Part shown: in pieces, positions 25,301-28,438 of the stretch
How the letters are laid out: each line of letters begins with the position of its first letter
Numbering within the stretch: the first letter of the stretch is position 1
DNA from: an uncultured bacterium
Lineage (GTDB): Bacteria; Edwardsbacteria; AC1; EtOH8
Length of the DNA: 28,438 nucleotides
Reading direction: 5' to 3'
NCBI GenBank assembly: GCA_963780225.1
Contig: CAWAAX010000023.1
Coordinates: forward strand, 1-28,438
Notes under the pieces: generated by a model
Seen by the model: only the letters and a program-made list of their open reading frames with translations
Databases searched by the model: none
What the model was told of the DNA's origin: nothing
Program-made: the position numbers and the translations under genes

Positions 25301-26431
25301 TCATCCGGCCACAAAGTCCAGATAATTATCCCGGTTGATCACGCGGTAGTCGCTGTCCTTATAGACGGAGAGGAACTCCGCGGGTTTTTTGGCCCGGGCG
25401 GCGGACCACTTGAACTCGTATCCGTGAAGGCGCCCGCCCCGCTCCTCCACCAGGTCGATTTCCTTCTGATCGTAGGTCCGCCAGAAATAATAGTTGGCCG
25501 CCTGCTGTTTGTAGGCGTTCCGTTTTATCCGCTCGCCGACGCAGTAATTTTCCCACAGCCGCCCTGTGTCATCCCGCAAATGAAGCGGGTTGAAATTGGA
25601 GACCAGCGAATTGCGGATCCCGTTGTCCCAAAAATAATAGCGGGGCGATTTGGTGTATTCCTTGCGCAGGTTGCGGCTGTAGCCCTGATGGGAAAACAGC
25701 ACGAAGGTTTTTTCCAGCAGTTCCAGGTACCGGCGGACTGTCTTAGCGTGGACATTGAGGCTGGAGGCCAGTTCGGAATAGGAGACATCCTGGCCGATCT
25801 GAAAGGCCAGCATCCGGAGCAGGTTGAACACGAACAGGGAATCCTTGAGATTGTCCAGGGCCAGAATGTCCTTAAGCAGGTAGCCGTCCCGGATGGACTG
25901 CAGTTGATCGCGCTTCTCCCCTTCGGTCTCCGCCGTAAGCACCTGGGGATAAGACCCGTAAATAAGCCGGCCCTCCAGCCTTTGCGCCGAGGCGAAGGAA
26001 TCCTCGCTTTCCGAGAGCTCCAGCTGGGAGACGGGATAAAGATGCAGATACTGGCTGCGGCCCACCAGCGGCTCGCCCACCCGGCCCTTAAGGTCAAAGG
26101 CCGAAGACCCGGTGATGAATACCGCCAGCCCCGGTTCGTTGTCTATCAGCAGTTTAAGGCTGGGCCCGATGTTGGGGACCATCTGGGCCTCGTCCACCAT
26201 CAGACAGCCGTAGCCCTTTACCAGGCTGTGCAGTTTTTCCAGCCGCCGGCTTCCCAGTATCTCCGAGGCCTCCAGGTTGTCGCCCTGCAGCAGCAGGACT
26301 TTTGACTTGACCAGCCCCTTGACCCGCTGCATCAGCACTGTTTTGCCGGTGCGCCTGGCCCCCAAAAGACAGATCACCCGGCCCGGCCGTAGAGATTTGA
26401 GTATCTGTTTTTCTATTAATCTGTATATCAT
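25301..26431 (-). CDS. AAA_14 family ATPase with C-terminal DUF4143 domain
   Basis: GARRTGKT (Walker A), MVDEAQ (Walker B), ITGSS, LVGR, YGSYP, YYFWDNGIRN, YFWRTYDQKEIDLV, YEFKW. Confidence 0.92.
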   Translation of the reverse strand: MIYRLIEKQILKSLRPGRVICLLGARRTGKTVLMQRVKGLVKSKVLLLQGDNLEASEILGSRRLEKLHSLVKGYGCLMVDEAQMVPNIGPSLKLLIDNEPGLAVFITGSSAFDLKGRVGEPLVGRSQYLHLYPVSQLELSESEDSFASAQRLEGRLIYGSYPQVLTAETEGEKRDQLQSIRDGYLLKDILALDNLKDSLFVFNLLRMLAFQIGQDVSYSELASSLNVHAKTVRRYLELLEKTFVLFSHQGYSRNLRKEYTKSPRYYFWDNGIRNSLVSNFNPLHLRDDTGRLWENYCVGERIKRNAYKQQAANYYFWRTYDQKEIDLVEERGGRLHGYEFKWSAARAKKPAEFLSVYKDSDYRVINRDNYLDFVAG

Positions 26432-26440
26432 AGTATCTGT

Positions 26441-26469
26441 ATTATACTAAATACAAGCACCATTGTCAA
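26441..26469 (-). promoter_or_regulatory. Consensus sigma70 promoter, nearly leaderless
   Basis: TTGACA (26469-26464), 17 nt, TATAAT (26446-26441); ATG begins 10 nt downstream with no SD sequence. Confidence 0.85.
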
Positions 26470-26473
26470 TTGA

Positions 26474-27136
26474 TTTTTTTGCCCCAGAGGCTTTTTTGCC
26501 ACCAAGACACTAAGACACCAAGGGTTTCTCTTCACCCCGGACTGGCATGTCATCCCCGACCTGATCGGGGATCCAGGGGTTTCACCGCAAAGACGCAGAG
26601 ATTTTATTACTTTAATACTGTTTAACCACAAAAAGCACAGAAAACACAAAGAAATTTAATTATTATTCTAGCATACATACCGGCTTAAGATTACCGCCCC
26701 AAATCCCACACATCAATTCACCAATCCCAACATCGCCCCCTGGCTACTACTTTTTTGCCACAAAGGCACTAAGACACCAAGGGTTTCTCTTCACCCCGGA
26801 CTGGCATGTCATCCCCGACCTGATCGGGGATCCAGGGGTTTCACCGCAAAGACGCAGAGATTTTATTACTTTAATACTGTTTAACCACAAAAAGCACAGA
26901 AAACACAAAGAAATTTAATTATAATTCGGACATACATTTAGCCTTTTAATTACCACCACTAATCCCACACATCAATTCACCAATCCCAACATCGCCCCCT
27001 GGCTACTACTTTTTTTGCCCCAGAGGCTTTTTTGCCACCAAGACACTAAGACACCAAGGGTTTCTCTTCACCCCGGACTGGCATGTCATCCCCGACCTGA
27101 TCGGGGATCCAGGGGTTTCACCGCAGAGACGCAGAG
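26474..27136. repeat. Tandem repeat, about 2.5 units (periods 259 and 277 bp), each carrying a REP-like palindrome
   Basis: CACTAAGACACCAAGGG anchors at 26508, 26767 and 27044; TGTCATCCCCGACCTGATCGGGGATCCAG at 26548, 26807 and 27084. Confidence 0.95.
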
Positions 27137-27283
27137 CTCACAGAGGTTTTACTTTATTACTTTACTTCTTTTTCACCCGCAGACGCTGTCATGAGCGTTA
27201 GCCGAATGATTACGCAGATTACCACAGATTTTATTACTTTAATACTCTTTTGCCACAAAGGCACTAAGGCACAGAGACACCTT

Positions 27284-27793
27284 TCCAATTCCTAAATTCT
27301 AATATCGCCACCGCTGTAGCGGGGTGCCGCCACATACTGCCCCGCCTTGCGGTATAAACTATGGCAAACCGTTGAGGCGGCAAAATCCTAAATCACCGCC
27401 GTTGGCGGGATCCCGCTTACCCCGCTAAAAGCGGTGGCTTTTGCGGGACAATATCAAATACCAAAGGCTAAAACACTAAACAGTCTTAGGTTTTGGATTT
27501 GGGTTTTAGTGTTTGTTTAGAGTCCTTCGGCCAAAGTTTACCCTGAGTAAGCCGAAGGGCTCAGGACAAGCTTAGCAATTCGGATTTAGTATTTACCGCT
27601 TCTGCTTCCCTGCCGCCCAGCCTGCAAGGGCGCAGTTCAATTTCTAAATTCTAATATCTAAATCCTAAACAATATCGAATTCTAAAGGCTAAAACACTAA
27701 ACAGTCTTGAGTTTTGGATTTGGTTTTTAGTGCTTGTTTAGAGTTTAGCAATTCGGATTTAGTATTTACCGCTTCTGCTTTCCTGCCGCCCAG
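27284..27793. repeat. Tandem duplication of the GT2 3' end plus downstream heptamer element; distal copy carries three insertions
   Basis: 27284-27620 aligns to 27636-27793; both end in GCAATTCGGATTTAGTATTTACCGCTTCTGCTT(C/T)CCTGCCGCCCAG. Confidence 0.9.
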
Positions 27794-28437
27794 TAAGGAA
27801 GCGAGATGAGCCCCCACAGCGACCCCAGGCCGTAGGAGAAGTGCAGGGTCAGGAAGACCACTGGGAGCAGGGCAAGACTGCCGGGCTTGAATTCTGAATT
27901 CTGAATACTGAATATTGAATCCTTGTCCGGTCCGGTCCGGCGTGTCATTCCCGGCTTGATCGGGAATCCAGGCGCCTCTTCCGCACCAGGTTCCCCAACC
28001 GTTTCAAACCTTTTGACCTCCACGCCCCTGGTAGCACCCTGTTTGCTGGACGCTGCACGCTGTACGCTGCGTCCCGCCTGACAGACGAAGAAAAGCATGG
28101 CCGAGAAGTAAGCGAAAAGCTCCAGCGCCAGCATCCGCAGAAACAGCAGGTGCCAGCTCCAAACGCGCAGGTTGGAAACGTTTGAAACGTTCGAACCGTT
28201 TGAAAATGTTACCGAGCCGGGCAGCTGGTTCAGGCCTTTGAAGCCTTGCAGGAGGTTGGCCAGTTTGACCCCGGCCCCGCGGCCCCAGAGGGCGGCGCCC
28301 AGGCCGGAAAGGCTGAGGGCGGAGAGCAGGAGAATGGTGGAAACGAAGATCAGGGGGATGAAGTGGCGGAGCCTTGGCGCTTTGGGGTTGTCGGGCAGGA
28401 ACCGGGTGATCTCGCAGCCGTCGGCCCAGCGCTGGCG
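27766..28437 (-). CDS. C-terminal part of a probable family 2 glycosyltransferase (ExoA-like); gene runs off the window
   Basis: Frame is open to the window edge: RQRWADG...RLRHFIPLIFV...YFSAML...LLPVVFLTLHFSYGLGSLWG, typical of ExoA-like GT2 membrane tails. The catalytic domain is not visible. Confidence 0.75.
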   Translation of the reverse strand, partial: RQRWADGCEITRFLPDNPKAPRLRHFIPLIFVSTILLLSALSLSGLGAALWGRGAGVKLANLLQGFKGLNQLPGSVTFSNGSNVSNVSNLRVWSWHLLFLRMLALELFAYFSAMLFFVCQAGRSVQRAASSKQGATRGVEVKRFETVGEPGAEEAPGFPIKPGMTRRTGPDKDSIFSIQNSEFKPGSLALLPVVFLTLHFSYGLGSLWGLISLPYWAAGKQKR

Positions 28438-28438
28438 C

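Noticed and set aside
413..26305. Long plus-strand ORFs (for example 413-1042, 6629-7441, 13392-14225, 17298-18344, 25154-26305)
   Set aside because: Antisense shadows of well-supported minus-strand genes in GC-rich DNA, with no recognisable motifs.
26428..26649. 73-aa ORF upstream of the ATPase
   Set aside because: Made entirely of repeat modules and runs through the ATPase promoter.
26474..27136. CRISPR array
   Set aside because: Constant part exceeds 200 bp, the variable segments are homologous to each other, and no cas genes are present.
20100..27760. Integron cassette array
   Set aside because: No integrase and no convincing RYYYAAC...GTTRRRY attC folds seen by eye.

Overview
GC-rich bacterial chromosome segment in which every credible gene lies on the minus strand. 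Left part (1-18.1 kb) is mostly housekeeping: tRNA-Pro(TGG), rdgB, CAAX/CPBP protease, dusB, a WecA/TagO-type transferase, gcvT-gcvH-gcvPA (no gcvPB), dacB, pgi, a probable outer-membrane barrel, pfkA, a frameshifted MGDG-synthase-like glycosyltransferase, an M1 peptidase and a DegT aminotransferase. Right part is a surface-polysaccharide locus (partial GT2 glycosyltransferase ... WecA-like transferase fused to a receiver domain ... DegT) split by accessory genes (AAA_14/DUF4143 ATPase, RelE/XRE toxin-antitoxin pair, orphan BrnA with a brnT remnant, lipoprotein, DUF6600-like protein, wHTH regulator, small GIY-YIG nuclease). The most unusual content is non-coding: a family of TGTCAT-tagged REP-like palindromes clustered around the GIY-YIG gene and dispersed elsewhere (including in-frame inside genes), several hairpin families that insert into one another (shown by paired empty/filled copies), 7- and 9-mer repeats in most intergenic gaps, a two-copy structured element of over 300 bp with covariation, and a 259/277-bp tandem repeat whose copies are identical except for a 38-bp hypervariable window. 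Product calls come from motif recognition only; no searches were run.
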